Source: Bacteroidota bacterium
Lineage (GTDB): Bacteria; Bacteroidota; Ignavibacteria; Kapaibacteriales; UBA961
DNA length: 64,000 nt
Direction: 5' to 3'
Assembly: GCA_009919265.1 (NCBI GenBank)
Contig: RGCF01000004.1
Location: 6,185-70,184 of the forward strand
Numbering within the stretch: position 1 is the stretch's first letter; the number at the start of each line of letters is the position of its first letter. The notes under the pieces were generated by a model. It saw only the letters and a program-made list of their open reading frames with translations. It was not told where the DNA came from and did no database searches. The position numbers were made by a program, and so were the translations under genes. This document shows positions 10,037 to 19,168 of this stretch, one piece after another.

Positions 10037-10633
10037 TTAATGCGACGGGAAAATAAGATACAATACCGGAAAGAGGAAAATCCAAACTAGATCGACAAAG
10101 TGCCAATACAAGCCCAATGTTTCAACTTTCACAGGATGATTATATCCTTTTTTGGTAAATGCTTTTATGAACATGAATGTCATTGGAATCATTCCAGCAA
10201 TGACGTGGATTGCGTGGAAACCAGTCATCAAAAAGTAGAATGAGAAAAAGACATTTGTCCAAGGAAAAATATGATGTCCAAACTTCGTAGAATATTCGAT
10301 TGTTTTCACAATCAAAAATCCGAAACCACACATGATGGTCAAACCAAGAAACAACTTAAATTTCCCGGTATTCCCTTTCTCAAGATTCAATATTGACAAT
10401 GCCATTGTCAATGAAGAACCAATAAGAATAAATGTATTCAAAAGTGCAAGGGCCTTATTCAACTCTCCGGCTGAATGTGAGAATAATTCCAAATTGGAAT
10501 TTCTCAAAACAATGAATGCACCAAAAAAGCCGGTGAAAAACATGATTTCAGAAGCAAGAAAGATCCACATGGCTAATTTTCCGTGTGGGACTTTGCTTAC
10601 TGGTTCATGTGCAAGTGATAATCCAGATGACAT
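10037..10633 (-). CDS. ctaE: Cytochrome c oxidase subunit III
   Basis: MWIFLASEIMFF, NTFILIGSS, TGFHAIHV, GLYWHFVDLVWIFLF. Confidence 0.93.
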   Translation of the reverse strand: MSSGLSLAHEPVSKVPHGKLAMWIFLASEIMFFTGFFGAFIVLRNSNLELFSHSAGELNKALALLNTFILIGSSLTMALSILNLEKGNTGKFKLFLGLTIMCGFGFLIVKTIEYSTKFGHHIFPWTNVFFSFYFLMTGFHAIHVIAGMIPMTFMFIKAFTKKGYNHPVKVETLGLYWHFVDLVWIFLFPVLYLIFPSH

Positions 10634-10638
10634 TGTGT

Positions 10639-11550
10639 TTACAGTTGTTTATTGACAAACACTAACAAAAATATTCCTGACAAATACGCATAGGAAGCAT
10701 ACAATTGCAGTTTGGCATTCTTCCCGTCTTGCTGCCTTAAAAATGTAATACATGCATATAGAAAGAATAATGACAATAGTATAGATCCTATTCCGAATAC
10801 GAAACCAAGTGGTGCATAATACCACATCAAACATGCAACTATGCCTCCAAGGAGTGCATAAGCTACTGACAGAAAAGCAATGTTCTTACCGGTTGAATCT
10901 CCACCTTCAGTATGCATTTTAAAACCCGCTTGTTCATAATCAACTCGATATATCCAAGCCAAAGCTAAAAAATGTGGTATCTGCCAAAAAAGCAAGACAA
11001 GAAAGAGTAAAACACCCGGAATGGCGATGTCATTCGTGCATGCAGTCCAACCACCTAATGCAGGTAAAGCACCTGGCAATGTTCCTGCATATAATGACAA
11101 TTTTGTCTTCCTTTTCAATGGTGTATAGAAATACACATAAGATAGAATTGTCAAAACAGAAAGAACTGCGGTTAATGCATTTACCCAGACAAATAGTGTC
11201 ATGACACCAATCAAAGAAAGCAAAACACCAAAAAGAGTCGCCTCTTTTTTCGAAACAATTCCTGAAGGAAGCGCTCTGTTTGCTGTTCTTTTCATGGATT
11301 TGTCAAATTGCATTTCCATGACATTATTCAATACACAACTACCTGAAGATGTAAGTGCAGTTCCAATCATTGCAAACAGAAATGGCTGAAGTAATGACAT
11401 AGATGAAACAAACACTTCAAAATGTGTATCTATTGCTAGATAATACCCTGTTGCTGCCGTTAAGACAATCATTCGGGTAATTCCTGGTTTCGTTAATTCA
11501 AAGTACGCTTGTAATCTATTAACCTGATGATCTGTATCTGAGTTAGCCAC
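10639..11550 (-). CDS. cyoE: Protoheme IX farnesyltransferase (heme O synthase)
   Basis: LTKPGI, DKSMKRTANRALPSG, YTPLKR, FWQIPHFLAL; GTG start. Confidence 0.93.
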   Translation of the reverse strand: MANSDTDHQVNRLQAYFELTKPGITRMIVLTAATGYYLAIDTHFEVFVSSMSLLQPFLFAMIGTALTSSGSCVLNNVMEMQFDKSMKRTANRALPSGIVSKKEATLFGVLLSLIGVMTLFVWVNALTAVLSVLTILSYVYFYTPLKRKTKLSLYAGTLPGALPALGGWTACTNDIAIPGVLLFLVLLFWQIPHFLALAWIYRVDYEQAGFKMHTEGGDSTGKNIAFLSVAYALLGGIVACLMWYYAPLGFVFGIGSILLSLFFLYACITFLRQQDGKNAKLQLYASYAYLSGIFLLVFVNKQL

Positions 11551-11594
11551 GGTAATACCGCTAAATGGTGAACAGTAATCAGGTCATCCTAATC

Positions 11595-13478
11595 TTATGC
11601 ATGCTGATTTGCGTGCGAATCCTTTGCTACAACTTCTTCTGGTTGACCTTGCGGTTCTTCCCATTGTGGGTAGAAATCAGTAGTTCTACCTGGAAGTGAA
11701 AATTCATAAGGGCCACGATATACACGAATATCAGTATCAAAATTTCCATGTCCTGGATGAGCAGGTGCTGCCCATTCCAATGTATTGGCTTGCCAAGGAT
11801 TTCTTGGAGCAGCCTTACCATATTTCAAAGACCAGAAAATATTGAAGATTAGAATGAGCTGAGAAAAACCAAGAATGATTGCAGCAAACGTGATGAACTG
11901 ATTCATCGGTTGAAACTGTTGCAAGAATTCATAGATATATGGATTGTAAATTCTTCTCATATGTCCACCAACACCCAAGATGTGCATCGGATAGAATGTG
12001 AGATTAAAGAAAACAAATGACCAATAAAAATGTTTACGACCCAAACTTTCATTGAGCATCTTTCCATACATTTTTGGGAACCAATAATATATGCCTGCAA
12101 AGATTGCAAACAAAGCACCGCCAAATAGTACATAATGAATGTGCGCAACAATGAAATATGTATCGTGAATGTAAATATCAACAGGCGCAGATGCCATAAA
12201 CACACCGCTCAATCCACCAATGATGAATGTTGCAATGAATGCCAAGGCATTGAGATTTGCAGCAGTGAAACGAATATCACCTCTCCAAATAGTACCAAGC
12301 CAATTGAAAATTTTGATTGCAGAGGGAACAGCAATAACAATTGTCGACAACATGAATGTTGTACCAAGCAATGGATTCATTCCTGATTGGAACATGTGAT
12401 GCCCCCAAACAATAAAGCCAAGGAAAGCAATACCCATGATTGCAAAAATCATAGCTTTATAACCATAGATAGGTTTGCGAGCAAATGTTGCGAGAACATC
12501 AGAAACTATTCCCATTCCAGGAAGAATCATGATATACACAGCTGGGTGAGAATAGAACCAAAAGAGATGTTGCCAAAGTATTGGTTGACCACCGCCACCA
12601 AGCAATTGTTTATGCTCAAGGAGTTCATTTCCCTTCTGAACAAATGCACCGGTCAATACAGAGTTGTCTGGTGCCCCAACAAGCAAATTGTCAGGCATGA
12701 AAAATGAAGTATGTAAATATTGATCTGCCAATTGCATTGAAATTGCAGCAGCCAATACTGGTGTACCTAATGTAATAAGAATTGCAGTGATGAATAATGC
12801 CCAAACAGTCAATGGCATTTGGAAAAACTGCATCCCTTTTGCTCTTTTATTCACAATTGTAGCAAGATAGTTTGTTGCACCCATGATGGATGAAAAACCA
12901 ATCAAGAACAATGAGATTAACCATGTTGTTTGACCAGCACCACTTGAAGGCCCAAGAGGTGGATATCCAGTCCATCCAGCAGCTGCTGCACCTGAATCAA
13001 AAAAGAATCCAGAAAGCAGAATCAACCCTGCAGGTGGCACTAACCAGAATGAGAACATATTCAATCTTGGTAATGCCATATCATCTGTACCAATCATCAA
13101 TGGAATACAGAAATTTCCAAACATCCCAACAGCGAGTGGAATGATGACATAAAAAATCATCACAGTGCCGTGAAGAGACAATAACTGCGTATAAAAGTTG
13201 GCAGTGACCGCACCGTCGGAAACCCATGTATCAGGAAGTATATTTCCTATCAATGGAATTGCCTCACCGGGATAAGCCAATTGCCAGCGAATGAGCAAAG
13301 CAAAAAGACCACCTACAAAAAGGAACAATAGCGAAGCAAGCATGAATTGCTTTGCAATGACTTTATGGTCGGTTGAGAAAACGTATTTTCTTATGAACGA
13401 GACATCGTGATGATGAGCATGATCTCCATGTGCATCGTGTCCGTGTGCTTCATGTGCATGAGCGATTGCCGTTTGCAT
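11595..13478 (-). CDS. ctaD: Cytochrome c oxidase subunit I, A2 family
   Basis: STDHK, HGTVMIF, GWTGYPPL, WFYSHPAVY (A2 YS motif), VWGHHMF, HDTYFIVAHIHY, MRRIY. Start set at ATG 13478 (GGTGG upstream); the track gives 13490. Confidence 0.95.
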   Translation of the reverse strand: MQTAIAHAHEAHGHDAHGDHAHHHDVSFIRKYVFSTDHKVIAKQFMLASLLFLFVGGLFALLIRWQLAYPGEAIPLIGNILPDTWVSDGAVTANFYTQLLSLHGTVMIFYVIIPLAVGMFGNFCIPLMIGTDDMALPRLNMFSFWLVPPAGLILLSGFFFDSGAAAAGWTGYPPLGPSSGAGQTTWLISLFLIGFSSIMGATNYLATIVNKRAKGMQFFQMPLTVWALFITAILITLGTPVLAAAISMQLADQYLHTSFFMPDNLLVGAPDNSVLTGAFVQKGNELLEHKQLLGGGGQPILWQHLFWFYSHPAVYIMILPGMGIVSDVLATFARKPIYGYKAMIFAIMGIAFLGFIVWGHHMFQSGMNPLLGTTFMLSTIVIAVPSAIKIFNWLGTIWRGDIRFTAANLNALAFIATFIIGGLSGVFMASAPVDIYIHDTYFIVAHIHYVLFGGALFAIFAGIYYWFPKMYGKMLNESLGRKHFYWSFVFFNLTFYPMHILGVGGHMRRIYNPYIYEFLQQFQPMNQFITFAAIILGFSQLILIFNIFWSLKYGKAAPRNPWQANTLEWAAPAHPGHGNFDTDIRVYRGPYEFSLPGRTTDFYPQWEEPQGQPEEVVAKDSHANQHA

Positions 13479-13506
13479 ATGTACCACCAATTCTATTCGT
13501 TAATTA

Positions 13507-14385
13507 TTAATTTTTCTTAGTTGTAGTTGAATCAGGTGCTACTGCCAAAGCTGCAGATGAATCTGCAACAGGTGCTGTTGCTGGCTTTGTAAGTTTATAC
13601 TGCTGATCAAGCCATGCATCATAATCTTGCTGTGAATCCATGATGAGCAAGCCACGCATATTGTAATGACCTGAACCACAAAGCTCTGCACAAGCAATTT
13701 CATATCTGCCAGCCTTCGTTCCATTAAACCACACCTTGATCCACTGACCTGGCACAGCATCTTGCTTTACCCTAAAATTGGGCAAAAAGAAACTATGCAA
13801 AACATCATTTGAAGAAAGATTTACCAAGACATTTTTGTTAATTGGTAAATGTACTTCAACCGGTCTTGCACCACCAGGACTGATGATAACCATATCATCT
13901 TTTCCATTTGCATCATTCGAATCAATACCGAATGGATTGGCACTACTAATTTGATTACGATCTTTATTGCCAAAAACTCCATCGGGACCTGGATAACGGA
14001 ACTGCCAACCGAATCCTGATTGATAACCCAAGACATCGATCGTTACATCAGGATTAGGCACCCTATATGCAGACTTTGATCTAGTCCAAGCATCATCACT
14101 CCATAAGCCGATACCGGCAAAAAGAAATGTAGGCAATAATGTCCATGTAAATTCCATGAGATTATTGCCATGATAATGGTATGCTTTTCTTCCCTCTTGA
14201 TGCCTGTATATAATGATAAAGGCAATCAAAATTCCATACGTGATGAAGAAAATTGCAACTGAGGCATAATATATCATCGCGAACAATTCATCGAGTTCGC
14301 TTCCAAATGTGCTGACATTTTCAGGAAAAAACGTGAGCATGTCTTTTGTTGCCCACTCCATCGCTTTCGAAACATCAAAACTCAT
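13507..14385 (-). CDS. ctaC: Cytochrome c oxidase subunit II (CuA), without a fused cytochrome c
   Basis: Two TMs; DVLHSF, KQDAVPG, CAELCGSGHYNM CuA motif; no CxxCH in the C-terminus. Confidence 0.94.
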   Translation of the reverse strand: MSFDVSKAMEWATKDMLTFFPENVSTFGSELDELFAMIYYASVAIFFITYGILIAFIIIYRHQEGRKAYHYHGNNLMEFTWTLLPTFLFAGIGLWSDDAWTRSKSAYRVPNPDVTIDVLGYQSGFGWQFRYPGPDGVFGNKDRNQISSANPFGIDSNDANGKDDMVIISPGGARPVEVHLPINKNVLVNLSSNDVLHSFFLPNFRVKQDAVPGQWIKVWFNGTKAGRYEIACAELCGSGHYNMRGLLIMDSQQDYDAWLDQQYKLTKPATAPVADSSAALAVAPDSTTTKKN

Positions 14386-14418
14386 TGTGATATGCCATTA
14401 AACGGTTAATGATATGTA

Positions 14419-14958
14419 TCAATTCAGTTCAGCTTCTGTATAAGCTGAGGTTTTACTCATTGTTTTTTCTCGAACAGCCTTAACATCTTCAGGCTTGACA
14501 GGGCTTGCGGAATTTCCCCAACTTGATCGCACATAACTGAGTACATCAGAAATTTCTTGATCGGTTAATTGAGACCATGCAGCCATGACACCATTATATG
14601 TTTTACCATTTCGCTCTATCTGTCCTTGGAAACCATGCAGGACAATTCTGATTGGCTTTGTTGCATCAGCATTTTGTGCAAGTGCCGAACCTGCCAATGG
14701 CGGATATGTACCAGGTACACCTTGCCCCTTTGCCTGATGACATGTTGCACAGACTTGCTTAAATGTTGTTGCTCCAGGAGATGCATCAGCAGTTTCAGCC
14801 CCACCCTTTCCGGCAGAAGCATCGTCTGTGATTGGCGAATTATACACTGGATCATCTGCATAGTTTGTGAAAAAACCTTTCACGTTACAACCAGACAACA
14901 GTGCAGTAAGAGGAATAAAGACAATGATGAGAACAAAAGGCAGAAACAATTTTTTCAT
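14419..14958 (-). CDS. Lipoprotein monoheme cytochrome c
   Basis: Lipobox LLSGC; CATCHQAKGQGVPGTYPPLAGS; YNGVM; LSYVRSSWGN. Confidence 0.9.
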   Translation of the reverse strand: MKKLFLPFVLIIVFIPLTALLSGCNVKGFFTNYADDPVYNSPITDDASAGKGGAETADASPGATTFKQVCATCHQAKGQGVPGTYPPLAGSALAQNADATKPIRIVLHGFQGQIERNGKTYNGVMAAWSQLTDQEISDVLSYVRSSWGNSASPVKPEDVKAVREKTMSKTSAYTEAELN

Positions 14959-14997
14959 AGTGTATCAATAAAATTGTATTCAAATCAAAAATGATGC

Positions 14998-15035
14998 TGC
15001 TATCACTTTGACGGCACTAAAATACATGCTATCAC
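14998..15035 (-). promoter_or_regulatory. Putative cox-act promoter: TATTTTAG -7-like box between two TGCTATCAC direct repeats
   Basis: TGCTATCAC at 14998-15006 and 15027-15035; minus-strand TATTTTAG at 15017-15024 (one mismatch to TAnnTTTG). Confidence 0.4.
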
Positions 15036-15145
15036 AGTCATCACCAAAATAAAAGTGCAAATGATCAATATTCAGAAATGGACAAATTCTCAAAACTCAA
15101 GCCATAATGATCGCAGAATGATGCAACCATAGATATTACAATAAG

Positions 15146-16432
15146 TTAGAGTTGCGATGCTATTCCTTGCCCATTATTGAACGTAAATACGGGCTTGCCT
15201 TTAAGAGGGGCTCCGTAAAATGGGCTATTCTGAGATTTTGACTTAGAAGTCTCAGGAGAAGGTATCCATGAAGCCTCAAGATCAATGATTGTCAAACATG
15301 CCTGAGCACCCTCAGCCAAGGAAGGCTGTTGTAATTTCAAAATGGTTCTAGGGCCAATAGACAGTAACTCAATCATCCTGTTCAATGAGATAATGTCCTT
15401 ATCAATCAAATGTGAAATAACCAAGCCAACACATGTTTCCAATCCCAAAATTCCATTGGCAGCCAATGCCAATTCACAGTGTTTTTCATGCTCAGCATGA
15501 GGGGCATGATCTGTGGCAATTGCATCGATTGTACCATCTGCCAAACCTTGAAGTATTGCTTCAATATCGGCTTGCTCACGCAAAGGGGGATTCATTTTTG
15601 CTTGAGAACCATGTGTCTTAATTGCTTCATGTGTCATCATAAAATGATGTGGTGTCACTTCGCAAGTAATTCTTTGCCCTCTTGCCTTTGCTTCTCGCAC
15701 TAGCTGAACACTTCCTCGCGTACTCATATGTGAAACATGATAACGTCTATTACCACAATGAAGAGCAAGTTGAATATCTCGAGAAACAATCAATTCTTCA
15801 GCTACTGAAGGATATCCCTTCAAGCCTAATTCTGCTGAAACTTCACCTTCATGCATGACAAAGTCTTTTGTAAGGCTATGCTCTTCACAATGCTGAGTCA
15901 ACAGTCCGTCAAATGGTGCCAAATAATCAAATGCTCTACGCATCATTTCCGCTGATTCAACACATGAACCATCATCAGAAAACATCACTGCACCCGATTC
16001 CATCAATTCTATCATTGGCGTCAACAATTCACCTTTTCTGCCAATGGTGGTTGCAGCGCAAACATGCACATTAACTAGATTTCCTTTGGCTTTATTGTTG
16101 ATATAATCAAGGATGACAAGACTATCTATGGCAGGTTGTGTATTTGGCATGCAAACAACATCAGTAAATCCACCATTGGCTGCTGCTGCTGTTCCAGTCG
16201 CAATTGTTTCTTTATATTCTTGACCAGGTTCTCTGAGATGCACATGCATATCCACAAAACCTGGAGCTGCAATATATCCTTTGGCATCTATGACAATGAG
16301 ATTGTTTGAATCTTGGGGTTGCTGATCTGGGTAAGAAATGATTCCATGTTCATCTATCATGAGATTACGATGTTCATCAATTCCTTCGCTAGGGCTAATG
16401 ATGCGAATATGTTTGAAGAGATACCTACTCAT
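15146..16432 (-). CDS. pyrC: Dihydroorotase
   Basis: PGFVDMHVHLREPG, AAANGGFT, CMPNT, EVTPHH, KMNPPLR, IATDHAPH. Start refined to MSRYLF (16432); the track gives 16483. Confidence 0.93.
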   Translation of the reverse strand: MSRYLFKHIRIISPSEGIDEHRNLMIDEHGIISYPDQQPQDSNNLIVIDAKGYIAAPGFVDMHVHLREPGQEYKETIATGTAAAANGGFTDVVCMPNTQPAIDSLVILDYINNKAKGNLVNVHVCAATTIGRKGELLTPMIELMESGAVMFSDDGSCVESAEMMRRAFDYLAPFDGLLTQHCEEHSLTKDFVMHEGEVSAELGLKGYPSVAEELIVSRDIQLALHCGNRRYHVSHMSTRGSVQLVREAKARGQRITCEVTPHHFMMTHEAIKTHGSQAKMNPPLREQADIEAILQGLADGTIDAIATDHAPHAEHEKHCELALAANGILGLETCVGLVISHLIDKDIISLNRMIELLSIGPRTILKLQQPSLAEGAQACLTIIDLEASWIPSPETSKSKSQNSPFYGAPLKGKPVFTFNNGQGIASQL

Positions 16433-17057
16433 TTCCCAAAATCTTGCCGAGAAAGGTTCGGCGATGATACGTTGAAGGGCCATGTTTTACAATCGCTTCT
16501 CTGTGGATTGCAGTACCGTAGCCTTTATTTTGTGCAAAATAATAAAGTGAATTGACTTTGCCGTCTAGTTCTTGCATAATTCTGTCTCGAGTGACTTTTG
16601 CCACTATCGATGCTGCCGCAATGGAAAAGCAATGATAATCCCCTTTAATCATGGTTGTGAATGGCAAAGTGTCATGTTTGAAGAAGTTACCATCGATCAA
16701 AGCATGCAGGTTTGCTGCCTTTAAACAAGAAAGCGACTCTTGCATGGCCACGAGAGTCGCATTTCGGACATTTATAGAGTCTACAATATCTTCTTCGACA
16801 ATTCCTATACCCACTTCGAGCGCATTGACAAGAATGTGTTCGAATAATGACTCTCGATCATTTGCTGTCATGAGTTTTGAGTCTCTACAACCCAAATCAT
16901 TATTCATGCCCATTGGAAATACGACAGAGGCAGCAACAACAGGCCCCGCAAGAGCTCCTCTACCAGCTTCATCTACACCCGCAACAAGTAATCCCGATTC
17001 CCAGAATGGGAGTTCTATCTGATTATCTGGGATATACTTAGTGTTTGTTAATTTCAT
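16425..17057 (-). CDS. rnhB: Ribonuclease HII
   Basis: AGVDEAGRGALAGPVVA, DSK, IDGN, KGD, SIAAASIVAKVTRD, KGYGT. Confidence 0.95.
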   Translation of the reverse strand: MKLTNTKYIPDNQIELPFWESGLLVAGVDEAGRGALAGPVVAASVVFPMGMNNDLGCRDSKLMTANDRESLFEHILVNALEVGIGIVEEDIVDSINVRNATLVAMQESLSCLKAANLHALIDGNFFKHDTLPFTTMIKGDYHCFSIAAASIVAKVTRDRIMQELDGKVNSLYYFAQNKGYGTAIHREAIVKHGPSTYHRRTFLGKILGNE

Positions 17058-17797
17058 TCACGAATCAATGTTAAGAATTCATTTCGCAATGGCAATTCTT
17101 CACGCAAAATCCCTCGCATGACGGAGGTAACCATCGATGCTTTCTCCTCAGACTCATTAACGCCTCTAGCAATCATGCAATAGTGCTTTGATTCTATGAC
17201 AACACCCAATGCTTTGGGCTTGATGATATCCTCAATGAAGTCGGCAATTTGTTCTCCCAATTCTTCCTGTATTTGCCCTCTTCTGGAGAACCATTCAACA
17301 ATGCGAGAAAGCTTTGACAAACCAAGAACATAATCACCGGGAATATAGCCGATTGCACATGTTCCTGAAATAGGCTGCCAGTGATGAGAGCAAACCGACA
17401 TCACCGTAATATTTCTACTAATAATGAGTTCGTCAACTGATTTTCTATTTGGGAAAACTGTAATCTTTGGAGCAGGTTCATAACGCCCTGCAAACAATTC
17501 ATTAACCCACATTTTCGCTAGTCGATGTGGTGTATTCATACTATTTGGATCATTACGATCAATGCGAAGAATATTGAAGATCTCTCCAAATTTTGCAGTT
17601 AATTCTTCAATAATAATATCACGCTCTTCTCTGCTTACATGCATATTACCATTTGCATCAAAAAGTACTTGTCCTGATTCATTTATCTTAGGGAAAAAGT
17701 CTTTTACCAATTCTTGAATCAGATCATTAGTCTCTGGAATATTTCCTAAAACATCCTGTGTAACTTTTATATGCGGGGCTTGGTCTTGTTTTTTCAT
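17054..17797 (-). CDS. folE: GTP cyclohydrolase I
   Basis: TPHRLAKM, SVCSHH, GLSKLSRIV, QIQE, HYCMIARGV. Confidence 0.94.
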   Translation of the reverse strand: MKKQDQAPHIKVTQDVLGNIPETNDLIQELVKDFFPKINESGQVLFDANGNMHVSREERDIIIEELTAKFGEIFNILRIDRNDPNSMNTPHRLAKMWVNELFAGRYEPAPKITVFPNRKSVDELIISRNITVMSVCSHHWQPISGTCAIGYIPGDYVLGLSKLSRIVEWFSRRGQIQEELGEQIADFIEDIIKPKALGVVIESKHYCMIARGVNESEEKASMVTSVMRGILREELPLRNEFLTLIRE

Positions 17798-18258
17798 TAT
17801 AAAGTCTCCACCGTTTTTGAAGAATCTACATTGTACACAGGTATACTAACAGGTTCACCAAAATATTCCACAAAGTTTGCATCAGATTCATATAGCTTAA
17901 TTGAATGCAATGTCCCGCCTGAAATTTTTGGTTCAAGTATACTCCAAAAGCGAATTGCTAGATTTTCAGCTGTGGGTATAATCCCCTTCAAAAAATCAAC
18001 ATCATGATTCAAATGCTTATGATCTACATGCTCAATGATGTGCTCTTCTATCAAGTCTCTCAATACTTTTAAATCTATGACATAACCTGTTTCTGGATCT
18101 GGTATACCTTTAACAGTAACTTCCATGGTATAATTGTGTCCATGACCCATAGGATTATTACATTTGTCAAAGATTTGTTCATTCTTTTCATGTGAAAATG
18201 TAGGGTTAAACAAGCGATGGGCAGCAGAAAAGTGCATTTTCCTTGTTACATAAACCAT
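17797..18258 (-). CDS. queD: 6-pyruvoyl-tetrahydropterin synthase / QueD family (COG0720) with a PTPS-II-type motif
   Basis: FSAAHRL, KCNNPMGHGHNY, DHKHLN, TAENLA, LYES; 1-nt overlap with folE. The symbol is the family label; see the finding on subtype. Confidence 0.85.
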   Translation of the reverse strand: MVYVTRKMHFSAAHRLFNPTFSHEKNEQIFDKCNNPMGHGHNYTMEVTVKGIPDPETGYVIDLKVLRDLIEEHIIEHVDHKHLNHDVDFLKGIIPTAENLAIRFWSILEPKISGGTLHSIKLYESDANFVEYFGEPVSIPVYNVDSSKTVETL

Positions 18259-18323
18259 ATTTTTACTCCTAGATATGTGCTCTCAGAAACATCTATGCTC
18301 AGGAAATTGTTCCAAAAGCACAT

Positions 18324-18331
18324 CAAACCTA
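18324..18331 (-). promoter_or_regulatory. Bacteroidota-type -7 element (TAGGTTTG) for the PTPS-folE-rnhB-pyrC operon
   Basis: Exact TAnnTTTG match about 65 nt upstream of the start at 18258. Confidence 0.5.
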
Positions 18332-18354
18332 CAAAATTCTCTATGTATGTAACC

Positions 18355-19164
18355 ATGAAGCAGGAAGTTTTCAACATATACCGCCTATTACCATTGATAT
18401 TCAAGCAGATACCCTTTGCTTGTCCACTCCTTTTCATCCTATTTGTTTCAATGGTTCCTATTTATTCTCAGGATACTTCATTATCGATTCTAAGCAAGCA
18501 AGCCATACTTCGCAAGGAACAACTCCGCTTCGTCCATGTTGAAGCTGATTTGAGCATTACAGTCAATGCAACAACAAATGCTGCATCATGCATCATGCAG
18601 ATGGCTGGTAGAGATTCTCTGTCAATGGAAATTGCAGGCCCATTTGGCATCAGTGTTGCCAGACTTTTTTCTAATTCGGAAGTTTTTGTTTTCCATGATA
18701 TGCTGCAAGGAAGAGCTATCGAAGGAACTCCATCGAGAGAAAGATTATCAGAAGTAACTTTTCTGCCTCTTTCGTTTGATGATTATGTTTCATTGTTCAG
18801 AGCAGAGCCTCCGGGTAATATTCGATTGTTCACACCGGTCGAATCCTACACTGATAGCGTAAAATTATTGTACAAACGATCGATTGATCAATCGGCGACA
18901 GAGTTTTTATTATGCAATAAACACGATGGAACGATTCGCGAATATCAAAGAAAGAATAAATCCGGCATTATCGAATTATCAATGATCTATGACAAGTACA
19001 GCATCATCAATGGTATTCCAATGCCCGGAATTGTAACACTTTCTTCTCCATTGCGAGGTGTGAGTTTAACAGTAAGCGCACAGTCTATCACAGTGAATGA
19101 CACTATTCCTACAGTAATGCGCTTCCCTCTTCCTGCATCCATCAAACCTCTACGAATGGATTAA
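18355..19164 (+). CDS. DUF4292 / LolA-LolB-fold-like exported protein
   Basis: Signal-like hydrophobic stretch; RDSLSMEIAGPFGISVARL pattern; immediately upstream of lptD. Start uncertain; the track start (18217) overlaps the divergent gene. Confidence 0.6.
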   Translation: MKQEVFNIYRLLPLIFKQIPFACPLLFILFVSMVPIYSQDTSLSILSKQAILRKEQLRFVHVEADLSITVNATTNAASCIMQMAGRDSLSMEIAGPFGISVARLFSNSEVFVFHDMLQGRAIEGTPSRERLSEVTFLPLSFDDYVSLFRAEPPGNIRLFTPVESYTDSVKLLYKRSIDQSATEFLLCNKHDGTIREYQRKNKSGIIELSMIYDKYSIINGIPMPGIVTLSSPLRGVSLTVSAQSITVNDTIPTVMRFPLPASIKPLRMD

Positions 19165-19168
19165 AGTG

